This document shows positions 18,353 to 27,776 of a stretch of DNA of 32,000 nt, one piece after another. The first letter of the stretch is position 1. Every line of letters starts with the position of its first letter. Where the stretch lies: assembly GCF_016127575.1 (NCBI RefSeq), contig NZ_CP066018.1, positions 1,080,001-1,112,000 of the forward strand, given 5' to 3'. The DNA comes from Cupriavidus necator (lineage in GTDB: Bacteria > Pseudomonadota > Gammaproteobacteria > Burkholderiales > Burkholderiaceae). Under the pieces are notes generated by a model, which was not told where the DNA came from, made no database searches, and saw only the letters and a program-made list of their open reading frames with translations. Position numbers and translations under genes: made by a program.

Positions 18353-18838
18353 ATGGAACTGACGGTCGTACCGGTCACCAAGCCGGAAGCCACCAACTTC
18401 ATCTTCGGCCATTCGCATTTCATCAAGACCGTGGAAGACCTGCACGAGGCGCTGGTCGGCACGGTGCCGGGCATCCTCTTCGGGCTGGCGTTCTGCGAGG
18501 CCTCGGGCAAGCGCCTGGTGCGTTGGTCGGGCACAGATGAAGACCTGATCGACCTGGCCTGCGAGAACGCCCGCGCCATCGGCGCCGGGCATACCTTCGT
18601 GATCTTCCTCGGCGACGGGTTCTTTCCGGTCAACGTGCTGGCCGCGGTGCGGGCAGTGCCGGAGGTGTGCCGCATCTTCTGCGCAACGGCCAACCCGACC
18701 GAGGTGATCATCGCCCAGACCGATGCCGGACGCGGCGTGGTGGGCGTGATCGATGGTGCCTCGCCGCTGGGGATCGAGACCGATGCCGATGTGGCCGAGC
18801 GCAAGGCGCTGTTGCGGAAGTTCGGCTACAAGCTCTAG
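18353..18838 (+). CDS. Adenosine-specific kinase family protein (PF04008-like)
   Basis: ATG 18353 with GGAG 7 nt upstream gives 161 aa: MELTVVPVTKPEATNFIFGHSHFIKTVEDLHEALVGTVPGILFGLAFCEASGKRLVRWSGTD...HTFVIFLGDGFFPVNVLAAVRAVPEVCRIFCATANP.... The family is recognised from memory, not searched. Confidence 0.65.
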   Translation: MELTVVPVTKPEATNFIFGHSHFIKTVEDLHEALVGTVPGILFGLAFCEASGKRLVRWSGTDEDLIDLACENARAIGAGHTFVIFLGDGFFPVNVLAAVRAVPEVCRIFCATANPTEVIIAQTDAGRGVVGVIDGASPLGIETDADVAERKALLRKFGYKL

Positions 18839-18847
18839 CGTCGCCGC

Positions 18848-20527
18848 TCAGTGCTGCGCTGCCTGCACCGCCGGCACCGCCGGCACATCGTCTTCCTTCA
18901 TCCGGCTGCGGTTGAGCACCCCAGCCTGCTCCAGCACCGGATAAGCCGTCGCACAGAACAGCGAATTCAGCCGTTTGAGCTCGCTGATCACATCCAGGTG
19001 CAATGAGCTGGTCTCGATGCTCTCGGCGGTCTGCACCGCCACGCGCTGCAGGTGGGTGCGCGCGTACTTGCGCTCCAGCTCGCGGAAGTTCGCTTTTTCC
19101 GCCATCAGCGCCTGGGCGCTCTTGAGGTCGCCGTTGAGAAACACCGACAGGCCCAGCCGCAGATTGGCGACCAGGCGCGCGTGCATCTCGGCGATTTCCT
19201 GCATTCCCGCCTCCGAGAACATCAGGTTGTGGGCGATCTTCTTGTCCTTGGTATCGAGCAGGATGCGCTCGATGATGTCGCCCGCGTGTTCCAGGTTGAT
19301 GGTGAGCGAGATGATCTCGGTCCAGCGCTGGCCGTCGCGCTCGTCCAGCGCTTCCAGGCTGATGCGCGTCAGGTAGAGCTTGATCGCGGTGTAGAGGTCA
19401 TCCACCTCGTTGTCGATGCGGCAGGTGGCGTCGGCCAGCTTGGCGTCGTTGGTGCGCAGCACGCGCAGCATGTTGTCCAGCATCTGCTCGACGCGGTCGC
19501 CGATGCGCAGCACTTCGCGCGCGGCGTTGGCCAGCGCCAGCGTTGGCGTGGACAGCGCGGCCGTATCGAGGTGGCGCGGCGTGACCTGGCTGTCGCCGGT
19601 GTTGCGCCCGGGCAGTACCTTCTCGCACAGCCGCGCCAGCGGCGCGGTGGCGCCCAGCAGCAGCACCGCCAGCGCGACGTTGAACAGCAGATGGAAATTG
19701 ACGATCAGCCGTTGCGGGTCATGGTCCAGCAGCGCCAGCAGCTCCTCGGCCTGGCCCAGCAGCGGCAGCGCCACCAGACAGCCCAGCAGGCGCGACAGCA
19801 GGTTGCCCAGCGTCACGCGTTTGCCCGGCTGGTTGTTGCCCGAGGTGGTCAGCAGCGCCGAGATGCCCGAACCCAGGTTGGCCCCCAGCACCAGCGCCAG
19901 CGCCACGTGGATCGACACCACGCCGGCCGAGGCCAGCGCGCCGCAGAACAGCACCACGGCCAGGCTGGAATAGCACAGGATGGTCAGGAAGGCGCCGACC
20001 AGCATGTCCAGCCCCGCGTCGCCGGTCAGCGAGGCGAACAAGACCTTGACGCCGGCAGCCTGCACCACGGGACGGGTGGCGATGGAGATCAGCTCGAGCG
20101 CCAGCGTGATCAGGCCCAGGCCGATCAGCACGCGGCCGACGTGGCCGGCCCTGCTGCCCTTCCAGGTCAGATGGCAGATCACGCCGACAAAGATCAGCAG
20201 CGGCGACAGCCAGGACAGGTCCAGCGAGAACACCTGCACCATCAGCGCGGTGCCGACGTTGGCGCCGAGCATGATGGCCAGCGCCGGTGCCACGGCGATC
20301 AGGCCCTGGCCGACGAAGGAGCTGACGATGACCGCGGTGGCATTGCTGCTCTGGACCAGCCCGGTGACGCCGAGCCCGGCAAGGAAGGCGGTGAAGCGGT
20401 TGGAGACGCTGGTCGACAGGACATGGCGCAGGTTCGCGCCGTAGACGCGCAGGATGCCGACCTTGACGATGTTGGTGCCCCAGACGAGCAGGGCAACGCC
20501 TGATAGCAGGTGAAGGAGTACGCCCAT
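18848..20527 (-). CDS. Na/Pi cotransporter family protein with a C-terminal PhoU-like domain (YjbB/NptA-like)
   Basis: ATG 20527 gives MGVLLHLLSGVALLVWGTNIVKVGILRVYGANLRHVL...GLVQSSNATAVIVSSFV...GANLGSGISALL, the duplicated Na_Pi_cotrans motifs. A helical PhoU-like C-terminus follows (EVDDLYTAIKLYLTRIS...). 559 aa. Confidence 0.8.
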   Translation of the reverse strand: MGVLLHLLSGVALLVWGTNIVKVGILRVYGANLRHVLSTSVSNRFTAFLAGLGVTGLVQSSNATAVIVSSFVGQGLIAVAPALAIMLGANVGTALMVQVFSLDLSWLSPLLIFVGVICHLTWKGSRAGHVGRVLIGLGLITLALELISIATRPVVQAAGVKVLFASLTGDAGLDMLVGAFLTILCYSSLAVVLFCGALASAGVVSIHVALALVLGANLGSGISALLTTSGNNQPGKRVTLGNLLSRLLGCLVALPLLGQAEELLALLDHDPQRLIVNFHLLFNVALAVLLLGATAPLARLCEKVLPGRNTGDSQVTPRHLDTAALSTPTLALANAAREVLRIGDRVEQMLDNMLRVLRTNDAKLADATCRIDNEVDDLYTAIKLYLTRISLEALDERDGQRWTEIISLTINLEHAGDIIERILLDTKDKKIAHNLMFSEAGMQEIAEMHARLVANLRLGLSVFLNGDLKSAQALMAEKANFRELERKYARTHLQRVAVQTAESIETSSLHLDVISELKRLNSLFCATAYPVLEQAGVLNRSRMKEDDVPAVPAVQAAQH

Positions 20528-20602
20528 GGTGCGCCTTTGTGTGACCAGTGCCGACAAAACCCTGGAGGCTAGGCCCGGTCATCGTGTAGTTGTCAATGAG
20601 GC

Positions 20603-20631
20603 ATTATGCGCCCGTCACCCGACAGCGGCAA
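20603..20631 (-). promoter_or_regulatory. Candidate sigma-70 promoter for the Na/Pi transporter gene
   Basis: The minus strand reads TTGCCG (20631-20626), a 17-nt spacer, then CATAAT (20608-20603), about 75 nt upstream of ATG 20527. This is a pattern match only. Confidence 0.3.
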
Positions 20632-20696
20632 CGGCATGGGCGCGGCGCGCGGACAATGGGCAACACCGGCGCGCGGATGCGCGCCAGCGGCGCCGC

Positions 20697-21308
20697 TCAG
20701 GGCAGCGCGACCTTGATCCCCAGCCCGACGAAGATCGCCCCGGCGGCGCGGTCCAGCCAGCGGCCGGTGGCCGGGCGGCGGCGCAGCCAGGCGCCCAGCC
20801 AGCCCGCGCACAGCCCGAACAGCGAGAACACCACCGCCGTCTGCAGCATGAAGACCACGCCCAGCAGCAGGAACTGCAGCCCCGGGTGCGCGGCATCGGC
20901 GCGCACGAACTGCGGCAGGAACACCAGGAAGAACAGCGTCACCTTGGGATTCATGATGTTGCCGAGCACGCTCTGGCGGAACACGCGCGCGAGCGGCACC
21001 GCATCGACATCACCGCCCTGCGCCAGCCCGCCCTTTGCGCGCAGCGCCTGGATGCCGATCCAGATCAGGTAGGCCGCGCCCGCATACTTGATCAGCTGGA
21101 ACGCCAGCGGCGACGAGCGCAGCACCGCGGCCAGCCCCACCGCCGCAATCACGGTGTGGAACAGGCACCCGACCGAAAAGCCCAGTGCCGCGACCAGCCC
21201 CGCGCGCCGGCCCTGCGCCATGCCGCGCGCCAGCACCTGCAGGTTGTCGGGCCCCGGGGCCACAGTCACGGCAATCGAAGTCAGCAGGAACAGCAACAGG
21301 TCAGGCAT
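20697..21308 (-). CDS. LysE/RhtB-family amino-acid exporter
   Basis: 203 aa with an AAGGAG Shine-Dalgarno sequence. [51 protein letters not shown]... is the typical LysE-family N-terminus, and there are about 6 hydrophobic segments. Confidence 0.85.
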   Translation of the reverse strand: MPDLLLFLLTSIAVTVAPGPDNLQVLARGMAQGRRAGLVAALGFSVGCLFHTVIAAVGLAAVLRSSPLAFQLIKYAGAAYLIWIGIQALRAKGGLAQGGDVDAVPLARVFRQSVLGNIMNPKVTLFFLVFLPQFVRADAAHPGLQFLLLGVVFMLQTAVVFSLFGLCAGWLGAWLRRRPATGRWLDRAAGAIFVGLGIKVALP

Positions 21309-21351
21309 GGGGTCTCCTTGCGTGGAAATCTTGCGGGCCGGTCAGCGTGGC

Positions 21352-21924
21352 TCAGTGCCCTTCGAACTTGCACACGGTGAACAGCGGCAGCCCGCCGTCC
21401 TGCAGCAGCTTCGAGCCGCCCAGTTCGGGCAGGTCGACGATGGCGGCGCCCTCCACCACCGTCGCGCCCAGGCGCTCCAGCAGCTTGAGTCCGGCCATCA
21501 TGGTACCGCCGGTGGCGATCAGGTCGTCGACCAGCAGCACGCGGTCGCCGGACTTGCAGGCGTCTGCATGGATCTCGACGGTGGCGCTGCCGTATTCCAG
21601 CTCGTACTCCTCGGCCACGGTCTGGAACGGCAGCTTGCCCTTCTTGCGGATCGGCACAAAGCCCAGGTTCAGCTCATACGCGACGATCGCGCCCAGGATA
21701 AAGCCGCGCGCGTCGATGCCCGCCACCAGGTCGAGCTGCGCATCCATGTAGCGGTGCACGAAGACATCGATCAGCACGCGCAGCGTCTTGGGGTTCTGCA
21801 GCAGCGGGGTGATGTCGCGGAACATCACGCCCGGCATGGGCCAGTCCGGCACCGTACGGATGCGCTCGCGCAGGTAGCCGGTGACGTCGCCGAGCTCGGG
21901 GGACTGGATGATGGAGTCTGCCAT
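21352..21924 (-). CDS. apt: Adenine phosphoribosyltransferase
   Basis: 190 aa. [28 protein letters not shown]...[32 protein letters not shown]... is followed by the PRPP-binding motif [13 protein letters not shown]. Confidence 0.93.
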   Translation of the reverse strand: MADSIIQSPELGDVTGYLRERIRTVPDWPMPGVMFRDITPLLQNPKTLRVLIDVFVHRYMDAQLDLVAGIDARGFILGAIVAYELNLGFVPIRKKGKLPFQTVAEEYELEYGSATVEIHADACKSGDRVLLVDDLIATGGTMMAGLKLLERLGATVVEGAAIVDLPELGGSKLLQDGGLPLFTVCKFEGH

Positions 21925-22140
21925 AGGGGTCTGGAAACGGTAGGCGCGCAGCGTGGCGCGCCAATCAGAAAGAGGGGTCGCAGTGGGTCGCGGCAGGATG
22001 GCCGCCGGCGCGGTAACCAGTTACCACCCGCGCCATCGGGGCGGCCAGCACAATGGCCCTGCCGGCCCGCTTGGCTGGCCAGGGGCCGGGCTGCCGCGTC
22101 CGGCACCCGCCGGACACCCGTAACCATACAGGAGAGCGCG

Positions 22141-22719
22141 ATGGCAAAGAAGATTCTGATGCTGGTGGGCGACTACGCCGAAGACTACGAAACCATGGTG
22201 CCGTTCCAGGCACTGCAGATGGTCGGCCACACCGTGCATGCGGCCTGCCCGGACAAGCAGGCGGGCGACGCCTGCGCCACCGCTATCCATGACTTCGAGG
22301 GCGACCAAACCTACACCGAGAAGCGCGGCCACAACTTCACCCTCAATGCGAGCTTTGCCGAGATCGACCCCGCCGGTTACGACGCACTGGTCATCCCCGG
22401 CGGCCGCGCGCCGGAATACCTGCGCCTGAACGCGCGCGTGCTGGAGATCGTGCGCCACTTCGCCCAGGCGGACAAGCCGATCGCCGCGGTCTGCCACGGC
22501 GCCCAGCTGCTGGCCGCGGCAGGCGTGCTCGAAGGCAAGACCTGCTCCGCCTACCCGGCCTGTGCGCCCGAGGTGAAGCTGGCCGGCGGCACCTATGCCG
22601 ATATTCCCGTCGACCAGGCCCATACCGACGGCAACCTCGTCACGGCCCCGGCCTGGCCCGCGCATCCGGCCTGGCTGGCGCAGTTCCTTGCCGTGCTGGG
22701 CACGCGGATCGTACATTAG
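22141..22719 (+). CDS. DJ-1/PfpI-family protein (YhbO/PfpI-like)
   Basis: ATG 22141 with AGGAG upstream, in frame inside track ORF 21088..22719. [37 protein letters not shown]...[15 protein letters not shown]...[13 protein letters not shown] contains the nucleophile-elbow Cys-His. 192 aa. Confidence 0.85.
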   Translation: MAKKILMLVGDYAEDYETMVPFQALQMVGHTVHAACPDKQAGDACATAIHDFEGDQTYTEKRGHNFTLNASFAEIDPAGYDALVIPGGRAPEYLRLNARVLEIVRHFAQADKPIAAVCHGAQLLAAAGVLEGKTCSAYPACAPEVKLAGGTYADIPVDQAHTDGNLVTAPAWPAHPAWLAQFLAVLGTRIVH

Positions 22720-22819
22720 AGCTTTCCGCACGCGGCGCCCCCACGCGTGAAGGCACGGCCCGCCCCATCCGCGAGCCGTGCACATGCCCGCAGGCTGCGC
22801 CGCCCGCACGGGAGCATCC

Positions 22820-23194
22820 ATGTGTGAAATCTTTATCCGCGCCAATCCGGCGTCGTACCAAAGCCAGTCGCGCTCGCTGCGCCTGCATGGCGTGGCCACC
22901 AGCATCCGGCTGGAGAGCCTGTTCTGGGAGGTGCTGGAAGAACTGGCGCGGCGCGACGACATGACCGTCAACCAGCTGATCACGCGCCTGCACGATGAAC
23001 TGACCGAACATCGCGGCAGCGAGGCGGTGGCCGGCAATTTCTCGTCCTTCCTGCGCGTGTGCTGCCTGCGTTACCTGATGCTGCAGGGCGAAGGCCGCAT
23101 CCCGGCCGATGCCAGCGTGCCGATCCGCTCGCTGGACGCACGCGCCGTGCTCGACAACCTGCCGGAATCCTGGGTCGAGGCGCGTCCGCACTGA
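22820..23194 (+). CDS. Ribbon-helix-helix domain protein (RHH_4-like)
   Basis: ATG 22820 with GGAG 5 nt upstream gives MCEIFIRANPASYQSQSRSLRLHGVATSIRLESLFWEVLEELARRDDMTVNQLITRLHDEL...GNFSSFLRVCCLRYL. This matches the pattern of stand-alone RHH_4 proteins (recalled, not searched). Confidence 0.65.
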   Translation: MCEIFIRANPASYQSQSRSLRLHGVATSIRLESLFWEVLEELARRDDMTVNQLITRLHDELTEHRGSEAVAGNFSSFLRVCCLRYLMLQGEGRIPADASVPIRSLDARAVLDNLPESWVEARPH

Positions 23195-23212
23195 CGCGCA
23201 CGACGCCCTGGC

Positions 23213-25192
23213 TCAGCCGTTCAGGATGCGAGTTTCCGCAGCCTCCAGCGCCTCGGGCGGGCCGCGCAGCACCACGATATCGCCCGGCTCCAGCACGGTC
23301 TCGGGCTCCGGATCGAAGGCGCGGATGCCGCGCCGGCGCACTGCGGTCACCTCCACGCCGATCCGCTCCAGCCCCAGCACGCCAAGACGCCGCCCCACCG
23401 CCGTGGATTGCGGCCCGAGCGACACGGAATGCAGCCGTACCGAATCGCGCTCGACCATGTCCTCATCATCGTCGCGGCCGTGGAAATAGCCGCGCAGCAG
23501 GCTGTAGCGCGCGTCGCGCGCCTCCTGCACGCCGCGCAGCACATGCCGCATCGGCACGCCCAGCAGCACCAGCGCGTGCGAGGCCAGCATCAGGCTGCCC
23601 TCGATGATCTCGGGCACCACCTCGGTGGCGCCGGCCTTCTGCAGCGTATCGAGCTCTGAATCGTCCACCGTGCGCACGATCACCGGCAGCGCCGGCGCCA
23701 GTTCCTGCACGTGGTGCAGCACCTTGAGCGCCGATGGGGTGTTGGCATAGGTGACGATCAGGGCGGCGGCGCGGTGGATGCCGGCGGCGATCAGCGCCTC
23801 GCGCCGGCCCGCGTCGCCGTAGACCACGGTATCGCCGGCCGCGGCGGCCTCGCGCACGCGATCGGGGTCCAGGTCCAGCGCCACGTAGTTGATGCCCTCG
23901 CGCTCCAGCATGTGCGCCAGGTTCTGCCCGCTGCGGCCGAAGCCGCAGATGATCGCGTGCTTCTCGGTCTGCAGGCTCTGCGCGGCAATGCGGGTCATGT
24001 TCAGCGACTGCATCAGCCATTCGTTGGCGGCAAAGCGCAGCACGATGGCGTCGCTGTACTGGATCAGGAATGGCGCGGCCAGCATCGACAGCAGCATCGA
24101 TGCCAGGATCACCTGGATAAGCACCGGGTCGACCAGGTTCAGGCCGTCGATCTGGTTCAGCAGCACGAAACCGAATTCGCCGGCCTGCGCCAGCCCCAGC
24201 CCGGTGCGGATCGCCACCCCCTGGCGCGAGCCGAAGACCCGCGCCAGCAGCGCGATCAGCACCAGCTTGAACAGCACCGGCACCACCAGCAGCGCCAGCA
24301 CCAGCCATACGTGGTCGAGCACCACGCGGATATTGAGCAGCATGCCGATGGTGACGAAGAACAGTCCCAGCAGCACGTCGCGGAACGGCTTGATGTCCTC
24401 TTCCACCTGGTGGCGGTAGGGCGTCTCGGAGATCAGCATGCCCGCCATGAAGGCGCCCAGCGCCATCGACAGGCCCAGCCGCTCGGTCAGCGCCGCCATG
24501 CCCAGCGTCACCAGCAGCAGGTTCAGCATGAACAGTTCCTGCGAGCGGCGCGCCGCCACCACGTGGAACCAGCGGCTCATCAGGCGCTGGCCCAGGAAGA
24601 AGATGACGCCCAGGGCCACCACGATCTTGACCGTGGCCAGGCCCAGCGCCACCATCAGGTCGCCCGGATCGCGCGACAGCGCCGGGATCACGATCAGCAG
24701 CGGCACCACCGCCAGATCCTGGAACAGCAGGATGCTGATGATATTGCGGCCCTGCTCGCTCTCAAGCTCCATGCGCTCGGACAGCATCTTGGAGACGATC
24801 GCGGTGGAAGACATCGCCAGCGCCCCGCCCAGCGCCACCGACGCCTGCCAGGACAGCGGGAACAGCCAGTTGAAAGCCCAGCTGGCCGGCACCACCGCCA
24901 GCATCGACAGCACCACCTGCGAGCCGCCCAGGCCGAACACCAGCCGCTTCATCGAGCGCAGCTTGGTCAGGTTGAACTCCAGCCCGATCGAGAACATCAG
25001 GAAGACCACGCCGAATTCGGCCAGGTACTTGGTCTGCGCGGTGTCGCTGGCCAGCCCCAGCGCATGGGGGCCGATCAGGATGCCGACGGCCAGGTAGCCG
25101 AGCATCGGCGGCAGCTGCAGCATGCGGAATGCGACCACGCCGAAGACGGCGGCGGCCAGCAGCACCAGGGTCAGTTCCAGCGGAGAATGCAT
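23213..25192 (-). CDS. CPA2-family monovalent cation:proton antiporter with a C-terminal RCK module (TrkA-N + TrkA-C), KefB/YbaL-like
   Basis: ATG 25192 inside track ORF 23213..26500(-), 659 aa. MHSPLELTLVLLAAAVFGVVAFRMLQLPPMLGYLAVGILIGPHALG... is the Na_H_exchanger membrane domain. A Rossmann motif follows (AIICGFGRSGQNLAHML), then a TrkA-C-like tail. Confidence 0.88.
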   Translation of the reverse strand: MHSPLELTLVLLAAAVFGVVAFRMLQLPPMLGYLAVGILIGPHALGLASDTAQTKYLAEFGVVFLMFSIGLEFNLTKLRSMKRLVFGLGGSQVVLSMLAVVPASWAFNWLFPLSWQASVALGGALAMSSTAIVSKMLSERMELESEQGRNIISILLFQDLAVVPLLIVIPALSRDPGDLMVALGLATVKIVVALGVIFFLGQRLMSRWFHVVAARRSQELFMLNLLLVTLGMAALTERLGLSMALGAFMAGMLISETPYRHQVEEDIKPFRDVLLGLFFVTIGMLLNIRVVLDHVWLVLALLVVPVLFKLVLIALLARVFGSRQGVAIRTGLGLAQAGEFGFVLLNQIDGLNLVDPVLIQVILASMLLSMLAAPFLIQYSDAIVLRFAANEWLMQSLNMTRIAAQSLQTEKHAIICGFGRSGQNLAHMLEREGINYVALDLDPDRVREAAAAGDTVVYGDAGRREALIAAGIHRAAALIVTYANTPSALKVLHHVQELAPALPVIVRTVDDSELDTLQKAGATEVVPEIIEGSLMLASHALVLLGVPMRHVLRGVQEARDARYSLLRGYFHGRDDDEDMVERDSVRLHSVSLGPQSTAVGRRLGVLGLERIGVEVTAVRRRGIRAFDPEPETVLEPGDIVVLRGPPEALEAAETRILNG

Positions 25193-25333
25193 CAGGCGGT
25201 CTGGGTGACCGGCCAGGCGCGCGTCCGACCCGGCACGGGCACCCAGCCGGCAAAATACGGCGAGCACGGCAAGCACGACGTGCGCCATGGGTCGGGCCAG
25301 GCGCCATCGCATTCGTTGGTATACTTCGTCGCC

Positions 25334-26317
25334 ATGATAGCCAATTTCGATGCGGATCGAGCACTCAGGCTCGCCCGCGACACTCTCCAGACCGAAGCCG
25401 ATGCGGTTTCCGCACTTTCCGGACGCCTGAACGGCGACTTTGCCCGTGCCGTGCTGCTGATCCTGCAATGCACCGGGCGCGTGGTCGTCTCGGGCATCGG
25501 CAAGTCCGGCCATATCGGGCGCAAGGTCGCGGCCACGCTGGCCTCTACCGGCACGCCGGCGTTCTTCGTGCACCCGGCCGAAGCCAGCCACGGCGACCTG
25601 GGCATGGTCACGCGCGACGACGTGCTGATCGCCTTCTCCAATTCGGGCGAGACCGGCGAGCTGCTGTCGATCATCCCGATCGTCAAGCGCATCGGTGCGC
25701 GGCTGATCTCGGTCACCGGCAACCCCGACTCCAACCTGGCCAAGCTGGCCGACGTCCACCTGGACGCGGCGGTCGAGAAAGAAGCCTGCCCGCTGAACCT
25801 GGCGCCGACGGCCAGCACCACCGCGGCGCTGGCGCTGGGCGATGCGCTGGCAGTGGCGGTTCTCGATGCGCGCGGCTTTGGCGAGGAAGACTTCGCGCGC
25901 TCGCACCCCGGCGGCGCGCTCGGGCGCAAGCTGCTGACCCATGTGCGCGACGTGATGCGCACCGGCAACGCCGTGCCCGAGGTGCGTGAAAACACCCCGC
26001 TGGCCCAGGCGCTGATGGAAATCACCCGCAAGGGCATGGCCATGACCGCCGTGGTGGACCCGGACGGACACGCCATCGGCGTCTTCACCGACGGCGACCT
26101 GCGCCGCCTTCTGGAAACCCCGCGCGACTGGAAGACCGTTCCCATCGGCGACGTCATGCACCGCAACCCGCACGTGGTCAACGAGAACCAGCTCGCCGTC
26201 GAAGCGGTGCAGGTGATGGAGGCCAACCGCATCAACCAGCTGCTGGTGGTGGATGACGACGGCCGCCTGACCGGCGCGCTGCATATCCACGACCTGACCC
26301 GCGCCAAGGTCATCTGA
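25334..26317 (+). CDS. kdsD: Arabinose-5-phosphate isomerase (KpsF/GutQ family)
   Basis: ATG 25334 in frame inside track ORF 23711..26317, 327 aa. The SIS domain reads GRVVVSGIGKSGHIGRKVAATLASTGTPAFFVHPAEASHGDLGM...SNSGETGEL. Two CBS-like repeats follow. The gene sits directly upstream of lptC. Confidence 0.92.
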   Translation: MIANFDADRALRLARDTLQTEADAVSALSGRLNGDFARAVLLILQCTGRVVVSGIGKSGHIGRKVAATLASTGTPAFFVHPAEASHGDLGMVTRDDVLIAFSNSGETGELLSIIPIVKRIGARLISVTGNPDSNLAKLADVHLDAAVEKEACPLNLAPTASTTAALALGDALAVAVLDARGFGEEDFARSHPGGALGRKLLTHVRDVMRTGNAVPEVRENTPLAQALMEITRKGMAMTAVVDPDGHAIGVFTDGDLRRLLETPRDWKTVPIGDVMHRNPHVVNENQLAVEAVQVMEANRINQLLVVDDDGRLTGALHIHDLTRAKVI

Positions 26318-26329
26318 GCGGGCGCGGGC

Positions 26330-26347
26330 CCGGCACAACCGGCACAA
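26330..26347. repeat. Perfect tandem 9-nt duplication CCGGCACAA x2 in the kdsD-lptC spacer
   Basis: Read directly at 26330-26338 and 26339-26347. Confidence 0.9.
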
Positions 26348-26360
26348 CGCCAAGGACACC

Positions 26361-26990
26361 ATGCAGGCACTCCTCGCCTCCCTCAGCGGCATCGTCATGC
26401 GGCTGCTGCCGCTGCTGCTGATGGCCTTCGTGGCGGGCAGCACGTTCTGGCTGGTCCAGATCAACTCCCCCAAGGAAGACCCGGCCGCGCAAAGCGCCAA
26501 GAAGCATGAGCCCGACTACTTCATGGACCGCTTCTCGGCCACTGAGCTGGCGCCGGACGGCAGCACCAAAATCCGCTTTACCGGCGAGCGCATGGTCCAT
26601 TTCGAGGATGACCAGACCTACGAGGTGACCCGGCCCGCCATGCGCGCGTATGAGCCGGACCGCCCGCCGGTCACCGCCCGCGCCGATATGGGCCGCATGA
26701 ACGCCGAGGGTTCGGTGATCGACCTGTACGGCAACGGCTTCGTCATGCGCCAGCAGGGCGTGGACGTGTCCAAGGACCCGCAGCTGACCGCCGCATCCAG
26801 TTATTTCCAGCTGCTGGTCAATGACGACATCGTCAAGACCGACAAGCCGGTCAAGCTGACGCGCGGCCCGTCGGTGATGACCGCCAACGGCCTGATCTTC
26901 AACAACGTCACGCGCGAAGTACAATTGCTCGGCAATGTACGCGGCACCATCATCACCGGGCCGACCCCTGGCCGCGCGCCGGGGTCCTGA
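26361..26990 (+). CDS. lptC: LPS export system protein LptC
   Basis: ATG 26361 with AAGGA 4 nt upstream. There is a single N-terminal TM anchor (LLPLLLMAFVAGSTFWLV) followed by a beta-jellyroll-like body. It lies between kdsD and lptA. An alternative start is ATG 26397. Confidence 0.8.
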   Translation: MQALLASLSGIVMRLLPLLLMAFVAGSTFWLVQINSPKEDPAAQSAKKHEPDYFMDRFSATELAPDGSTKIRFTGERMVHFEDDQTYEVTRPAMRAYEPDRPPVTARADMGRMNAEGSVIDLYGNGFVMRQQGVDVSKDPQLTAASSYFQLLVNDDIVKTDKPVKLTRGPSVMTANGLIFNNVTREVQLLGNVRGTIITGPTPGRAPGS

Positions 26991-27057
26991 GCCCCGGCCC
27001 GGGGGCCGCACCAACCCGCACCAACGTACCCAGACGCCCTCAAGCAACCCTGCCAAC

Positions 27058-27708
27058 ATGACTGCTTCCCTGACGACATCGTCCCGTCGACGCACCGCCC
27101 CGGCCCTGCTCGCCCTGGCCATGGCCTTCGGCCTGCTGGCCCAGCCCGCCCTGGCCGAGCGCGCGGACCGCGACAAGCCGATGGTGCTGGAGGCGGACAA
27201 CGCCAGCTATGACGACGTCAAGCAGATCTATACGCTGACCGGCAATGTGGTGCTGACCAAGGGCACCATGATCCTGAAGTCCGACGCCGCCGAACTGCGC
27301 ACCGATCCCGAGGGCTACCAGTTCGCGGTGGCCACCGCCAAGCCGGGCAAGCAGGCCTACATCCGGCAGAAGCGCGAAGGCGTCGACGAATACATCGACG
27401 GCTGGGGCGACCGCATCGAGTACGACGGCAAGCAGGAGTACTCCAAGCTGATCGGCAATGCCCGCATGGCGCGCCTGCAGGGCGCCAAGCAGGTCGACGA
27501 GATCCGCGGCGCGGTGCTGACCTACGACAGCCGCAAGGAGTTCTACACGGCTGCCGGCGGCGGTAGCGGCGATGCCGCGGCCGCCAATCCGTCCGGCCGC
27601 GTGCGCGCGGTGCTGTCGCCGCGCCAGGACCAGAAGGCCGGCGCCACGGGCAGCGGCGGCTCGCCGCTGGACCTGAAGCCGGCGCCCGCGCCTGCCAACA
27701 AACCCTGA
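27058..27708 (+). CDS. lptA: LPS transport periplasmic protein LptA
   Basis: ATG 27058 in frame inside track ORF 26935..27708. The signal peptide is ...[20 protein letters not shown]|ERADRDKP. An OstA-like core follows ([35 protein letters not shown]). There is a low-complexity Gly/Ala/Pro C-terminal tail. Confidence 0.85.
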   Translation: MTASLTTSSRRRTAPALLALAMAFGLLAQPALAERADRDKPMVLEADNASYDDVKQIYTLTGNVVLTKGTMILKSDAAELRTDPEGYQFAVATAKPGKQAYIRQKREGVDEYIDGWGDRIEYDGKQEYSKLIGNARMARLQGAKQVDEIRGAVLTYDSRKEFYTAAGGGSGDAAAANPSGRVRAVLSPRQDQKAGATGSGGSPLDLKPAPAPANKP

Positions 27709-27776
27709 CGCCTGGCGCCGGCTGCGTGCATCGCATGCGGCCGGCGCCAGAAACGCCTGAACGCCAGACTGTGCCA

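Noticed and set aside
23711-26500. Two very long mutually antisense ORFs: 23213..26500(-) at 1095 aa and 23711..26317(+) at 868 aa.
   Set aside because: Only the 3' parts are real: the CPA2 antiporter from ATG 25192 and kdsD from ATG 25334. The extensions lie antisense to the other gene and translate to Arg/Gly/His/Gln-rich junk with no motifs.
27008-27025. Short direct repeats (GCACCAAC twice, 10-nt register) and other 8-9 nt tandem repeats; checked as possible CRISPR or mobile-element signatures.
   Set aside because: There are only two copies each, with no spacer-repeat architecture, no flanking inverted repeats and no transposase or integrase. This is consistent with simple slippage in GC-rich DNA.
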